A stretch of DNA of 64,000 nucleotides from contig NC_058368.1 in NCBI RefSeq assembly GCF_018350175.1, positions 29,514,001 through 29,578,000 of the forward strand, read 5' to 3'. Below the pieces are notes generated by a model, which did not search any database, had not been told where the DNA came from, and saw only the letters and a list, made by a program, of their open reading frames with translations. This DNA comes from Felis catus (lineage: Eukaryota). A program made the position numbers and the translations under genes. Positions 1-57,722 of the stretch are shown one piece after another (position 1 is the first letter of the stretch; the number at the start of each line of letters is the position of its first letter).

Positions 1-406
1 AAAATAAAATTTGTGTTGACCCCTGCTATATCATAAGTATTATTGTGATTAGCATTTGTCTTAGCTGGCAGACTGTGATTGCCCATAGGGCAAGACTGGG
101 TCTTAGTCACTGTCTGTTCCCTGTCCTTCTCCCTCACCCACCAGCATCTGGCAGATAGGTCCCTATGAGTGCTTGTTAAATAAATAAAAGAATATAGATA
201 GTACTGATATGATTTCTGAAGGCCATCTAGAGTATAAGAAGAGACAATACAGGGAGAATGGTCTCTTCCTTGAAATGTTTATATTTGTAAAGAGAATGCT
301 TTTTAAAATCCTAATAAACTTATTGTGGTTAAATTTCAGTTCACTTAAAGTCAAAATAAAAATTAAAGTGAAATAGAGGCCTTTAGGAATCTACATCTAG
401 GTTATT

Positions 407-634
407 TTTTTTTTTTTTAATTTTTCTTTTTCAACGTTTATTTATTTTTGGGACAGAGAGAGACAGAGCATGAACGGGGGAGGGGCAGAGAGAGAGGGAG
501 ACACAGAATCGGAAACAGGCTCCAGGCTCTGAGCCATCAGCCCAGAGCCTGACGCGGGGCTCGAACTCAGGGACCGCGAGATCGTGACCTGGCTGAAGTC
601 GGACGCTTAACCAACTGCGCCACCCAGGCGCCCC
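407..634 (-). mobile_element. Can-SINE (young SINEC_Fc type)
   Basis: tRNA-derived head, (CT)n linker and A tail on the - strand; perfect 17-bp TSD TCTACATCTAGGTTATT at 390-406 and 635-651. Confidence 0.95.
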
Positions 635-999
635 TCTACATCTAGGTTATTAATCAGCTTTGCCTGAAAGAAACCTGCCTTTGGATTTAGCTGTATCTCT
701 CCCCTGTCTACATTCCCATCTCATGTTTTTCCCTTTCCTTCTTCATAGGTACTTCCAAATTGTCTTAAAGATGCGACACCTCTCCCACAACTCTTACTCT
801 CCTCTTGGAGTAGGAGAGGTCACATTTTCTGTGCCCAATTGTTGGGGGGTCAGAGATAGTGGGAGATAGACATGGAAGGAGAGTGGCAGAAGTTTCTACT
901 CATGGTGTAAAATAGAAACTTGTATTGCCTGACATTTTTAATGTCCCACATTTTTAACTCAGAATATTTTGAGGGGAAACATAATTGTCCTCATTAAAA

Positions 1000-1595
1000 T
1001 CACTAATTAGATCAAGAAACAACAAGTGTTGGTGAGGATGTGGAGAAAAAGGAACTCTTGTTCACTGTTAGTGGGAATACAGATATACTGGTGCAGCCAC
1101 TTGGAAAACAGAGATTCCTCAAAAAGTTAAAAACAGAACTGCCTTCCTATCCAGTAGTCACACTACTGGGTATTTACCCCCCAAATACAGAAACACTAAT
1201 TCAGAGGGATACATGTACCCCTATGTTTATTGCAGCATTATTTACAATAGCCATATTATGGAAGCAGCCAAAGTGTTTATTAATAAACAAATGGATAAAG
1301 TAGATGTGGTGTGTACGTAGATAGATACAATGGAATATTATTCAGCTATAAAAATGAATGAAATCTTGCCATTTGCAACAACATGGAGCTAAAGAGTATA
1401 AATGCTAAGTGAAATAAGTGAGTCAGAGAATGACAAATAGCATATTATTTCACTCATATGTAGAATTTAAGAAACAAAACCGCAAACAAGGGGAAAAAAA
1501 GGAAACAAACCAAAACAGACTCCGTAAAGTAAAACTGATGGTTACCAAAGGGGAGGTAGGTGGGCTGATGAATGAAATAGAAAGGGAAAAAAAAA
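1000..1595 (+). mobile_element. L1 3' fragment (ORF2 C-terminal remnant plus 3'UTR)
   Basis: Translation DTCTPMFIAALFTIA..WKQPKC..NKWIK is the L1 ORF2 C-terminus; typical 3'UTR follows. Boundaries approximate. Confidence 0.9.
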
Positions 1596-2850
1596 GGTAA
1601 CTAGATTAGAATCCCCATGAAAGTAGAAGTTTTGGTCTGTTTTGTTCACTGCTGTTACTTGTTTAACACAGAACAGAGCCTTGAGATATTGTAGGTGCTA
1701 AGTGGATATTTGTTGAATGCATAAATAGGTAGATGAGTGTGAGCTGAATTGAGACATGTGCTCAAACTCTCCGAACAGCTGGAGCGTTCATTTGGCAGAT
1801 ATTTATCATGAAGCATCTGTGTTAGATGGGGGAGTATGGTGGTGACCCTGACCATGTCCCTGCCCTTATTTGGTTGGCTCTCTCAATCCTTGTATCTTTA
1901 TGTAAATAAAGTGAGGTGGATATTACTGATATGAAGATTTAATGACAGATACAGTGAAGTACTTAGCATAGGGCCTGGCACACATAAATGGTTTATCTAT
2001 TACTTTCTTCCACATACTTATTTTCCAAGTTGTTACCATTTCTTTCTCAAGCTCCTTGAGGATAAGTGTCATGGTTCTTTGTGTCTTTTTTAAAAATCCA
2101 GTGCTTGTTATCAATGTTTAAGACTTAAGTAAAGGTAGTATATATGTTTTCCCTTGAAAATTATAAAGCACTTTTTAGACATTAGGTATTACTAAAAATT
2201 ATCAATAAACCTTACTGTGCTCTTGTACAATTTCTGGATGTGTCTTTATGCAAAGGTATAGTTTAAAAATTTAATAAGTGCCTATTACATCTACTAAGGT
2301 GACTTGGAATTCTTGAACTTTGCAAGAGTAAGGCAAAGCCATAAAGCAGAACATACCTCTACTAAAGAGCAGGTTTAATGTACCCTTACTTGGTCAACTA
2401 CATGTGTTCACAGGACCACATGTCTTCTGGCCATCTATCTGGAAGAAAGTAGAGACTCCTTGAATGCTGGTGATAGCAGTCTCTCTTAAGTGACTAAGAA
2501 ATTTGCATCTGTCATGAATATGACATCTTTCTTCATTGAGTAACTAAATCAGCATCATCTATTCAAAATACTTAATACTAAATGACAGGATACAACCTCT
2601 AGATTCAACTAGTTCACATATTTCAAAGTTCCATTGTTATTCAAATGGTCGTAAGGCAGTTTTGATGTTCAAATGAGTAACTTACAGGAAAGGTTATGTG
2701 GTAAAGTTAATATCTTTTGAAAATTTTATTTTCTTGTTTCCCCTCTCTTCCAGTTCTTAGGCAGAGAACAAAAACTTAAGTAAATTAGTTAAGTGAATTT
2801 TGTTTTAAACAATTTTCCAACACTCTAGGCAGTTTAAAAACCATTGTTGA

Positions 2851-3073
2851 GGGGCGCCTGGGTGGCTCAGTCGGTTAAGCGTCAGACTTAGGTTCAGGTC
2901 ATGATCTCACGGTTCATGGGTTTGAGCCCGGCATCCGGCTCTGTGCTGACAGCCCAGAGCCTGGAGCCTGCTTGGATTTTGTATCTGCCTCTCTCTCTGC
3001 CCCTCCCCTGCTCATGCTCTCTCCCTGTCTCTCAAAAATAAATAAACTTAAAAAAAAAAAAAAAAAAACCACA
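2851..3073 (+). mobile_element. Can-SINE
   Basis: GGGGCGCCTGGGTGGCTCAGTCGGTTAAG head; TSD AAAAACCATTGTTGA at 2836-2850 and 3074-3088. Confidence 0.95.
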
Positions 3074-4573
3074 AAAAACCATTGTTGAGAATCTCTATAA
3101 GTAATTAATGAAGAATTTAAGGAGGGCAGTGTCCACATTGGTGCCTGGAAGCTATTGGTGTAGCAGTCAAGTTGTGGAATGTTTGTTTAAGCTGTTCCCA
3201 TCATTTTTGGATAGTAGTTACCAGATCCCACGCATGTGACTTGCATTGGGCTTTGTGTTCATAGGGACTACACTCTGTTGTTGCCATTTGATTTGAAAAT
3301 CTCCAGGGACTTTATGCCTCTTCCCAAATCAAGCCTAAATACTACTGCCTGACTTTCAAGACTCCATAATTTGGTTTTACTTTGCTTATTTAACCACGTG
3401 TTCTACCATTTCCTGTTGACGCCTCCTTAGCTGTTGTCAAGCTGGTAAGTGTCTTCAGGTTTACTTTGGTCAGATTTGATTCTCTGCATTCTTCTGTGTT
3501 TCAGCATACATGCAAATGCACACACATGCTATACTTTATCTTATCCTTTCCCTTAGTGTTTCCACATTCTATTACCTTCCTTTAAAAGATTGATTTTAAG
3601 TCCTTTGTTGTCTGTGAGTGCTCCTTGACCTGTTTGACCATCCCCTCTTCTGAAATGCTGTAGTACTGACCAGCTTTATGAGCATCTAATTTTATACTAC
3701 CTTTTGGTGTTCAGTTATTGTCTCTTGTTTCCTGAACTAAATTGTACATGTCATGGGAACAAGGCCATGCATTATCTTTTTGTATTTACCATGGTACTGA
3801 GTTTAGGGGAAGATCAGTAAATATTCATCAGCTTTTTACCACTAAGTCAATCAGTAGAAGCATGCTTTCTTTTAAAAATGAATGCTATGGGATCTTCTGA
3901 TTAGTTCTGGATATAAGTGTAACAAAACTGTTGCCTCTCAGAGAAGACCTAATGCAAGATGTTGATGCACTTCAATTAACAGTAACCAAAATGGATTCAT
4001 ATGATTGAAAATTTGAGTGAGCAATTATATTATGAAAGGTGGAAGGCCTAATATTTTAATTATTCTGTATTATAAATTTGCATATTTCTTATGAGTAGTA
4101 ATAGAAGTTTGCTTCTATCTAAAATTTGTACAGTAGGAAGATAAAAAGCTACATGTATAATTTATAAATGTTGCATGTGTATATTTTAAGTATGTATGTT
4201 ACAGTATTAAGCCCTTGCCCTTCTACCTTCTTACCTCTCGTCTTGCGGTTTTATTTGGGTCTTGTGTTTTGGTGCCACTGAGTTTAGAATCTTAACTGAT
4301 TGCCAGACAGTTGTGAGAACAATTATAGGAAGAATTCCATTTTAAGGATCTTGACATGGGACACCAGAATTGTTTGATTAAATCCAGACTTATTTAAGAT
4401 AGATTTCTATTATTTAAAGAAGAAAGGGGGTAATATTATGAAAACACTAGGTCATTAGGGGTCTTCTCATATGTGTGAGGGGGAAATTTTGTGCCCAAGG
4501 AATCTTAAAATCCATCAACCTTGGTAACTTGGAAAAAGGTGAAAACAGTTTTGCTTCTCTGGAGTTGATATTA

Positions 4574-4799
4574 TTTTTCTTTACTTTTTTTTTTTAATGT
4601 TTATTTATTTTCAGAAGGAACATGAGCCAGAGCAGGGGAGGGGCAGAGAGAGAGAAAGAGAGACAATATCCCAAACGGGCTCTGCGCTGTCAGCTGTCAG
4701 CACAGAACCCAACGTGAGGCTCAGTCCCACAAACTGAGATCATGATCTGAACAGAAATCAAGAGTTGGTTGCTTAACCAACTGAGCCACCAGACACCCC
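4574..4799 (-). mobile_element. Can-SINE
   Basis: Reverse-complement SINE body; degenerate TSD TGGAGTT(G/A)AT(A/G)TTA. Confidence 0.9.
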
Positions 4800-4999
4800 T
4801 GGAGTTAATGTTAAGTCTGGTCCCACTATGATTTTGAAGAGGACCCTAAAATGCCACAGGTGTAAAAGATTGTGACCAGCTAAGAATGCATGGAGAGATC
4901 TGGATTGAGCATGACAGTGAGCACAGACAGAAGCCTGGAAAAGAGTGGTGCCTACTGTGTTGGGGTGGGGGGATGGGGCAGCACTGACTTTGCTTCTTT

Positions 5000-5062
5000 A
5001 TTTTTTATTTCTTTTTAATTTTTTTAATGTTTATTTTAGAGAGACAGTGCAAGCAGGGGAGA

Positions 5063-5101
<39 letters not shown>

Positions 5102-5231
5102 GAATCCAAAGCAGGCTTCAGGCTCTGAGCTGTCTGCAGAGCCCTACCCTGGGCTCTCACTCACTAACCATGTGATCATGACCTGAGCCAGAGAGTCTGA
5201 CGGTGATTTGACTGAGCCACTCAGGCACCCC
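5000..5231 (-). mobile_element. Can-SINE with expanded (GA)n
   Basis: Reverse-complement SINE body; TSD-like CTGACTTTG(G)CTTCTTT. Confidence 0.9.
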
Positions 5232-6524
5232 TGACTTTGGCTTCTTTAATACTAGTGTGGGGTTGGGGGACTGTGAGGACAATAAAATGCAGAAATGGTG
5301 GAATACCTTTTCTGAGATGAGAGTAAAGAGTAGTAAAATTGTGACAGAGGTATAGTTTTAAACTTGCTCCATGGACTATTCCTGTTCACTCTTTTCAGTC
5401 CTTATCCTGTGGAGATTATTCTGTTTTACAGATCTGACCACGTTTTCTCATGCCTTTTGCTTAATCCCTGTTAATGGATCTGAAGTTTTTCCTATAGGCA
5501 GTGGAGGCAGTAGAGAAGTAAGTTGCTGATATTTTTATCTTTGCTAAGTTGCTTCTGTTGCTGAAGAACAGCTCCAGGGGAGCTAAAGTAAGAGTGGTAC
5601 ACTGGAGGGACAGTGTGTCTCTCCATAAAACTTCATATGACAAATACAGCTTATTCTAGAAGAGTGTTGTGTCGTGTAGGAGTTGGAGGTGTGGGGGGGT
5701 GTGGCATGCTGCAAAATCTCCTGGGGGACCTTTAAACAACCTACCCCTGGCTTTTCCCCTGCCGTCTGGGCCAGAGTGAAACGCTTCCCGATGAGAACCC
5801 GTCGTGTGCGCAGATAGGGGAACAATTGCGCCAGTGAGCATTTTCTAAGAGGATGAATCTATTAACCAGGGGAATGAACCAACACAGAAATGAAATAGAA
5901 TTTCCTTGCAAGTTGATTCTTGTTTGTTACAGAGAGAAGAATTTTAAACTGCTGAACTGGTTTTGCTGATAAGCACATTTTAGCATCTTTGTGTTCACTG
6001 GATAAGTGTGTTTCTGTGAGATTTCAGGTTTGGGGTGCCGAAGGGAAGAAAGTTCCTTTAGTTCATTTGCATAATAAAAACATCAATTAATGGCATTTTG
6101 GTTGATAATTATCACTTTCAACCATTTTGAGATGGGAAAGCAGTTAAATTCTTTTTTTTTGTGACCAAAGTTAAAACAATATCAGGTTACCGTTGGATAT
6201 TTCCCCTTGGTTTTAAATTCTCTTGTTTTCAGAAAATGCTCAGAAAAAGGGTTAATCTTGAGATCGCAGGTATTGACAGGTCTAGGTATGTAATCTGTTT
6301 GGCTGTTTTGCAAGGTGCTATAAATGCTGCCTGAGTGTAACCTGACACCAGGTAGGCCCAAGTGGCCAAGGATGGAAAGTGGAGAACAATGTGAAAGAAC
6401 CAGAATTTCAGGTCTAGGCAGTGAGTAATTGCAGCCTGCCCTCAGAGTCCTGGAACTGTCCATCCGGGTGTCAGCAAAAAAGGCGAAAACATAGAGAAGT
6501 CATCCTGCTTGACTTGATCATATT

Positions 6525-6537
6525 GAGTGAGTGAGTG

Positions 6538-6627
<90 letters not shown>
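6525..6627. repeat. Compound microsatellite (GAGT)n(GT)n(GA)n
   Basis: Seen directly in the sequence. Confidence 0.98.
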
Positions 6628-6631
<4 letters not shown>

Positions 6632-7110
6632 ATTGATTACCTTAACATGGCTTGGGGTGAGGTGAACATATTCATGTTTCCATGCCCTGCTTTAGCTTTG
6701 CATATGTCGCTGGAAGCCTGACCGAGGCTTTCTATACAAAAAAACACCAATTTGTGCTTCATTTACATGAAAATAAAATTGTACTTTAGGAAAAGTTTTA
6801 GGTACTTCCGTTCCCCTTGCCTGCTCCCCAAGTTGGAATGAAAGATGCTTAAGGCAGGATAGCTATTTAGAAGATATTGGTGGTAATATATGTATATGGC
6901 ACTTATATAGATTTCAAGGACATATTTTTAAACTTTTTCTAAATTTTCTTAAATTCTGTGAATGTTTGAAATAATATGAGAGCCCTGAACGCAGTGGGGA
7001 ATGATTTATTCCTCTTGTGACATTAATTTGTATTTTTGTTTTAACTTTTGTGTTGTGTGTACAGCACGTGATTTAGACAGTGAGATTTCTTTTACAATTG
7101 GTGCCCCCCC

Positions 7111-7113
7111 TTT

Positions 7114-7188
<75 letters not shown>
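7111..7188. repeat. (TTTC)n tetranucleotide microsatellite
   Basis: Seen directly in the sequence. Confidence 0.98.
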
Positions 7189-9863
7189 CACTCAGTAGGA
7201 ACTGAGAGAGGAACCACCCTTGTTTGAGGAAGTTCAAATCTGGGTCCTTAACTGTAACTACATTTTGGTGTATTTTTTAAATCACTTCTTCCAGATTCAC
7301 ATTTTTAAAAATGTAAAGCTGTAGGAATACTGTATTCAAAGAACTAGCAAGCATAATGTCAGTTATTAACTCATAAAAATATTTTAGAATAAATTTTAAG
7401 TGTGGTAGCTTTATAAAAAGCTTTATAAAAATGTTCTCACTTTTTAGGGTGAGTGAAGGTAAAACTAATATGATGGGAGAGAGCAATAAGAGTAAAACTT
7501 GAAGATTTAAAACAATGATAGAAAAATCCACAAACTCCTCTACTTAAAGTTGTTCCGGTTAAAAATATGAACAAAAATGACTTACCATATATCAAGAAGT
7601 TGTATGGAATAGTGTAGAGACCTTTGCTATAAATATTTGTGGCAGAGATTTCTTATTTCCCAGGTCTTTCTGCCAAAGAACAATACTGATGAAGTTCTAT
7701 TAATGCAGATTTAGGGACATGAGTAGAGAATTGGGCTGGGAATTTGGGCCTCTTTTGCTTTCTTTTCCACTGTCTTTGTGACCTTGGACAAGTCAGATTT
7801 TGCTAGGCTCAAATTCTTTAGCTGGTCAATGAATGCATTGTTTTAGGTAATCCTTAGGTATTTTTCAGCTTTAAAATTGTGTGATTCCACTCTTTTTAGA
7901 TTGAGAATGGGCAGGCCCTGGGACGATTGTACAGAATTTATCTTGGTACTGCTGGTTTATTATTTTCATGTCTTCTGGAAGCTAACGTAAAACATTCTGC
8001 GTGTTAGAAAACACATGAAAAGCCCTGTCTTATATTACACAAAAATTCCAACCATTACAGTATATGGGTTTATTGCTTGCTTCTCATTTTAATTTGCATA
8101 GCTTTTCTTCTTTTCTCTTATTCTGTTTCATTTTTATTGTATTTCTTCTAAGCTAATGGTTTTTCCAAATATACTCACTTTTCTTATGATGGGTATGTCT
8201 GTTTGTTGAAAAGGGCCTTGTATTAGTTTACTACTTCATAAAAAATTCTTTCTTTTCAGATACTTGGCATCTGGCATTACTACAGAATTCCAATTCTTTA
8301 GATACTCATACATACATAAACATACAAGCACTGTCTGAATGTTTTATTAAAGGTAGTCATTCATGCACCCCATTGCTCTAAGCTAGTGAATTTTACCTAC
8401 TTGGGGCTAGAATGATTTAATCTGAAATGTTTTTGTCATTACTTTTATTTATTAATTTTCATTTTGAGTATATGAGTTGGTGACCTGGCACCTTCCAAAG
8501 GGTAGCAATGATGTGTTTTTAAATGCCATTATGAATTAATAGGTTTGTAGACTCTCGTGTTTAAAGCCCTTTCGAAGGAAACTTAACTTTGCATTCAATC
8601 AGGGATGAAGAAAGCAGGTGTGAGAAGTATTACAAACTGATTTTGACTGTCATGTTTTTAGAATACCTGAAATATTTTATAATAAATGAGACAAACTGAG
8701 TTGGTTGTAGTAGCCATCTATGTGGCTGAGGGTTTTGTGTTTACAATCAGTAAATTCATGTTGTTTGGAACAGGGGCATAATGGAACTCTGTGTTAAGGG
8801 AAGCTTGCCAGACAGGGTGAGGTCTTAGCCTAGAAGCAGCTGGATTTATCAGATAGGTGCCAAATTTTCAGGCACTGGAATAGAATTATAGTTTTGTTGA
8901 TAATGGGCTATAGTATTCTTTGTTGGAGTCTAGCAAATCGCTGTGGTCAAGGAGACTCCCAGGGAGTATGGAAATGAGACTTAAGGAGTAATCAGTTAAG
9001 TGGCATTCACCTGTTACATGTCCCTTGCATTGTACTGAGACAATAATGAAGCTGTTGTGTATGGAGCAAAACTCATGTGGCCAGCATTCTGTATATGGAT
9101 TTTGCATAGCATGTTTACAGCAACTCTAGATTTTGGTGTTACATTTTGTACCTGTTTCATAGAAAAGGGAGACTGACAGTAAGTAACTTGTCCAAAGTCA
9201 CAGTACAGAAGATTCAAACTCAGGTGGTCCAACTCCAGAGCTGTTAACTGCTCTTTTAACTGTTTTTGCTTGCTTTATTATTTGACTTTAAATCTGCAGC
9301 TTATTTTGGCGATAAGATACTAGGACTACCTTATTGTTGAGACCCTTCTGTGGTGTGTGTCTCCTTGGAGAATAAGAATATGATCCTGACCCAGTTGAAA
9401 GACATGAGAAGCAACTTGGGGAGTTTTTACTATTTGGTGGATGTTCAACTAGATGACCTCTCAAAGTTGTGCAAATAAGTTAACTGTTTATGTCTATGTT
9501 AGATAAACAGTTTTCACATAATTTTTTCTTGGTATTTTATAAAGACTAAGTGACACTTTGAAAATGAAATAGGTTTGAGAATTACTTATGCAGTAGAATG
9601 TTCCTGAATATAATACATAGAGTTAACCAAAGACCTTATAATTTGTTAGGAGAGGGCAAAAAATGCTTTTTCTCCTCAGTCTGAGTACCCATGTCTTTTT
9701 CATACTAGTGCAACTTTGAGGAATAAAATGATAAGTTCAGTTTGGGACATGTTTTAGACACATTGACTTTGAGGGGGCACTGATGTGGACTTAAAAGTTG
9801 AGTGCGTGGATTTGGAGATGAGCTGAACTCAAGATGGAGACTTTTTTTTTTTTTTTCCAATTT

Positions 9864-9864
<1 letters not shown>

Positions 9865-9898
<34 letters not shown>
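9865..9898. repeat. (GT)n microsatellite
   Basis: Seen directly in the sequence. Confidence 0.98.
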
Positions 9899-9900
<2 letters not shown>

Positions 9901-10038
9901 ACAATCTGTGTCAGGTAGATTTAGAGGGAAGGCTCTGTACTATTGATCTGCACAGAGTCCTGAATTAAGAGGTAAGGAATCTCATTGTACTTAAGTGACA
10001 CTTTCAGATTGTGAGACCTTGGGCACAGGAACTCAGTG

Positions 10039-10591
10039 TACTCATGAGAAACTGAATCATTGATCTAGATGTTCAGTCTCATCTGTTAACTGAAGAGATT
10101 TTGATGCAATGGGGTTTTCTTATTTAAGTATCTCTAACATGTACAGGTGATAACCTCTGTATCCAGAATCAGAAAATTTCTTCCCAAGACCTATCTTGGT
10201 GCCATAGGCTATGCAACTACTGAGAAGAAGGAGTGGGAAAGAGAGAAGACAGAGGATCAGAGGCCTTATTAGGCCAATAAAATTATTCAGGAGCTTTTCT
10301 TACACATTTTTAGTTGATTGACTTTTTTTTTTAATTTTTTTTTTTTTAACGTTTATTTATTTTTGAGACAGAGACAGAGCATGAACGGGGGAGGGGCAGA
10401 GAGAGAGAGGGAGACACAGAATCGGAAGCAGGCTCCAGGCTCTGAGCCATCAGCCCAGAGCCCGATGCGGGGCTCGAACTCACGGACCGCGAGATTGCGA
10501 CCTGAGCTGAAGTCGGATGCTTAACCGACTGCACCACCCAGGCGCCCCAGTTGATGTCTTCTATATAGAAATGTACCAAAGCTACCTCACC
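10039..10591 (+). repeat. Local direct repeat, copy 1 (interrupted by a SINE at ~10323-10548)
   Basis: Aligns by eye to 14715-15027; 46-bp identical block at 10039-10084. Confidence 0.9.
10323..10548 (-). mobile_element. Can-SINE inserted in repeat copy 1
   Basis: SINEC_Fc-like body on the - strand; flanks AGTTGATTGACTT / AGTTGATGTCTT. Confidence 0.93.
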
Positions 10592-10874
10592 AGAGTGAAG
10601 GTGTCTCCATCCCAACAAGTGGCCTAGTGATCATGGGCAGTCATTTCAGTTTTGGTTTATTATTCTTGGTTGTCAGTGTGTACCTGAAGGTGTGGGTATG
10701 TTGATTGCTTATACTTTTGAAAAACATTTATTAAAGCATAACAGTGTGGAAATGTTAGTAAGAAAAGGTACCTCATTGCAATGGAAAAGAAAGGAAACTT
10801 AAACTTTACACAGATGTGTTCACATTGGTCACTGGTAGAGTGTCACTTTGTATTTACAAATAAATGGATTTGGA

Positions 10875-11082
10875 GGGTTCCTGGGTGGCTCAGTCAGTTA
10901 AGCATCTGACTTCAGCTCAGGTCATGATCTCCCAGTTCCAGCTCCGCATTGGGCTCTGTGCAGACAGCTCAGAGCCTGGAGCTTGCTTCAGATTCTGTGC
11001 CTTCCTCTGTCTCTACCCCTCCTCCGCTCGCACTCTGTCTCTCTCTCTCAAAACTAAAAATAATAAACATTAAAAAAAACCC
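10875..11082 (+). mobile_element. Can-SINE
   Basis: SINE body; TSD AAATAAATGGATTTGGA on both sides. Confidence 0.92.
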
Positions 11083-12489
11083 AAATAAATGGATTTGGAA
11101 TAGGCCTTTTGGAATCTAACCTTTTACAGAGAAACTTTTGTTATCAGGAAACATCCCTTGATTCTGGTTACTTGACTTCTTACTGTGGTTTTTCAAGTTT
11201 GGGATAATGGTTTCCTCTTTATCAAAAGTACTACAATCATTCTTAATAAATAATATATGTAGACATAGCTTAAATATCTAATGATAGATTTTTAAGCAGT
11301 ATCTGTCTTTAATATAATCCTTTTTACTATTACTATGGGCACCCAGGTATGGTAGGTACAGAAGGAATTTTAGACAATGGTTATTCACCTAGAGAAGTTT
11401 TGCTCTATCTTGCTTCCTGGCATATTGCTTTAGATATCATAGACACTCAAAGATTTATTGAATTGAATTAGGGGGACATGATTTTCCCATGTGAGACAGT
11501 GTATAGTTAGTGTTAACATGACGGGCAATAAGTGTCATATTTCTGAAGGGAGCGATCCAGATAGGTGGAGGCCGAGAGGTTTGGGGGATTTGTGAAAGAA
11601 ATGGAACTTGAGTATTGAAGACTGGGAGAGATGTGAATGGGTGCTGAGGTGAGAGCAGTATTCTGGAAATGGTGAATAAGTAGATTTTGAGCAGGGAGGC
11701 AAGAAGGAATGTAGTTTGTGTGGCGGACCATAAGAAGGCAAGGCCAGTGCAGAAGAATTAGGTTGGGTAGTAATTTAAGGGACAAGATTATAAGTAACAT
11801 TTGACCAAAGCCAAATGTGTGTCTTCTGTTTATATGTCTGTCTGTGATCAATTTAGGTGAAAGCATTTTTTTCCCCTCCAGGTATGGTGAATTGCTCAAA
11901 AACGACCTGAATGTGCTAAAAATAAAAATGCTTTCCCAGTGTTGGAGTTGAACTCATTATTGAAAGAGGTGGGGTATAGAGTGGGTGTGGGGCACTGCTG
12001 GGTTAGAATTCAGTTTAGTGAGTAGAAGTATTACCTGAATTAAATTCTTAACCCTTTATTTTGATTCCCAGTTAGGGAAATTACAGTTAGCCATGATAAC
12101 CCCCAGAGTCCAGGGTATATATTGACTTTACTGAAATTAGGAAATTGAGTATCTGATTCAGCTGGCACATGCTGTTTTCAGGGAAACTGATTCACCAGCT
12201 CAGCTTCATTCTCTAACTTGTCTCTTTAAAATTAAAATTGTAAGTGCTATTTCAAATGTTATTTAATGTGATTATTTTTATAACCTTTGTCTTTTCATAT
12301 CACACAGTCATAATCCTATGATGCAGTATTTCATAAAATTGTGATAAACTTAAAATGTTTTCCTTTTGTTAATAGTGGTAGCTTTTTTTTAAATAGGCAA
12401 ACATCATTGGCAGGCACTTTTTAAGCATTTCTCCCTCCACTGAAATTGTTTTCACTCTTAAGTTGCGTTTCTGTTTTTCTACTATTGTA

Positions 12490-12630
12490 AAGTGCAGTTC
12501 TTTGCATGTTCTAATTTGCCATGACGTGGTCAAGTGCCGTTTCCTTCCTGTTGCTTGCAAGCCTGTGCTAGAGATAAGGATACATTTCAGTACATTAAAA
12601 AAGAAGCCACTGAAGACAGGCTTAAGCATG
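12490..12630 (+). promoter_or_regulatory. Candidate ELF1 proximal promoter / short non-coding first exon
   Basis: Repeat-free stretch ~600 bp upstream of the ATG exon: octamer-like CTTTGCAT (12500-12507), TGACGTGG (12522-12529), tandem ETS cores TTCCTTCCTG (12541-12550), AGATAAG (12572-12578) and a possible donor ATG|GTAAAA after 12630. Motif-based only. Confidence 0.45.
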
Positions 12631-13464
12631 GTAAAACATTCTTCTTAACAGAAACCTTTTAAAAGAACAGAAAAAGTGGACTTTAATTTCTGCTTATTTT
12701 TAAAGGCTTTTAAAATAGTGCTTACTGAATTTTAAATGTATGAAACAGACTTTAAATTCTTATATATATTAGGCATAACAGGGACACTGTATGAATGTTT
12801 CTCCTAGGGCAAAAATATACAGATGAAATTACTCATGGAGGAACAATTCCTGTGTGGTTTGCTGGGTTACTGGCAAGAAGGAAATTGTTTATATGTCCTT
12901 TATTGCAGTTACAAACCTAGTTATTGCTGTGTGGACTTTTTTTTTTTTTTTTTTTTTTTTAAGTATTCGGCACTTTAACTGTAGCTTAACTGGGGGGAGG
13001 GGAGAATGGCTTCACTTTCAGAAATGAGAGGTGATTTTATCTTAGCAAGAATGAAATCTTCAAAGAAAATATATATCTAACTTAAGAAAAAAAAAGCCTG
13101 TATTCATCAGTCATGTTGATTTTGTTTAAAAACATTAACAAAAAATACTTTGGAGACACTGCCCTTGGTACTAATTGTTATATTCTGAATGGGCACGATT
13201 ACTTTTTCATAACTAACTTAAGCTTTTGTTTTTCAGGCCAAGAAGTTCTAAAGAAGAAAAATTTCAGAAAAATTGCCTCTGTTTGAGTGGAATATCAGTG
13301 AACCAAGGAAACCTGTAGTGCCGTCCTGAAAGAAAACCTGGTCTACAGTAACTTAACAGACTTAGCTGAGGGTTTTTTACCCAAATTGGTCACTGGATTC
13401 TGCTGCCTCATACTTGAACCTGCTTGGAATTTTTCTCATGTGGATCTAAGGGGAATGTTTTATT

Positions 13465-57722
<44,258 letters not shown>

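Noticed and set aside
2851..2930. tRNA genes (A/B-box-like heads)
   Set aside because: These are tRNA-derived SINE heads followed by the CT linker and A tail, not tRNA genes.
12826..12837. AAATTACTCATG, matching 14711-14722
   Set aside because: A single AT-rich 12-mer; similarity does not extend, so it is compatible with chance.
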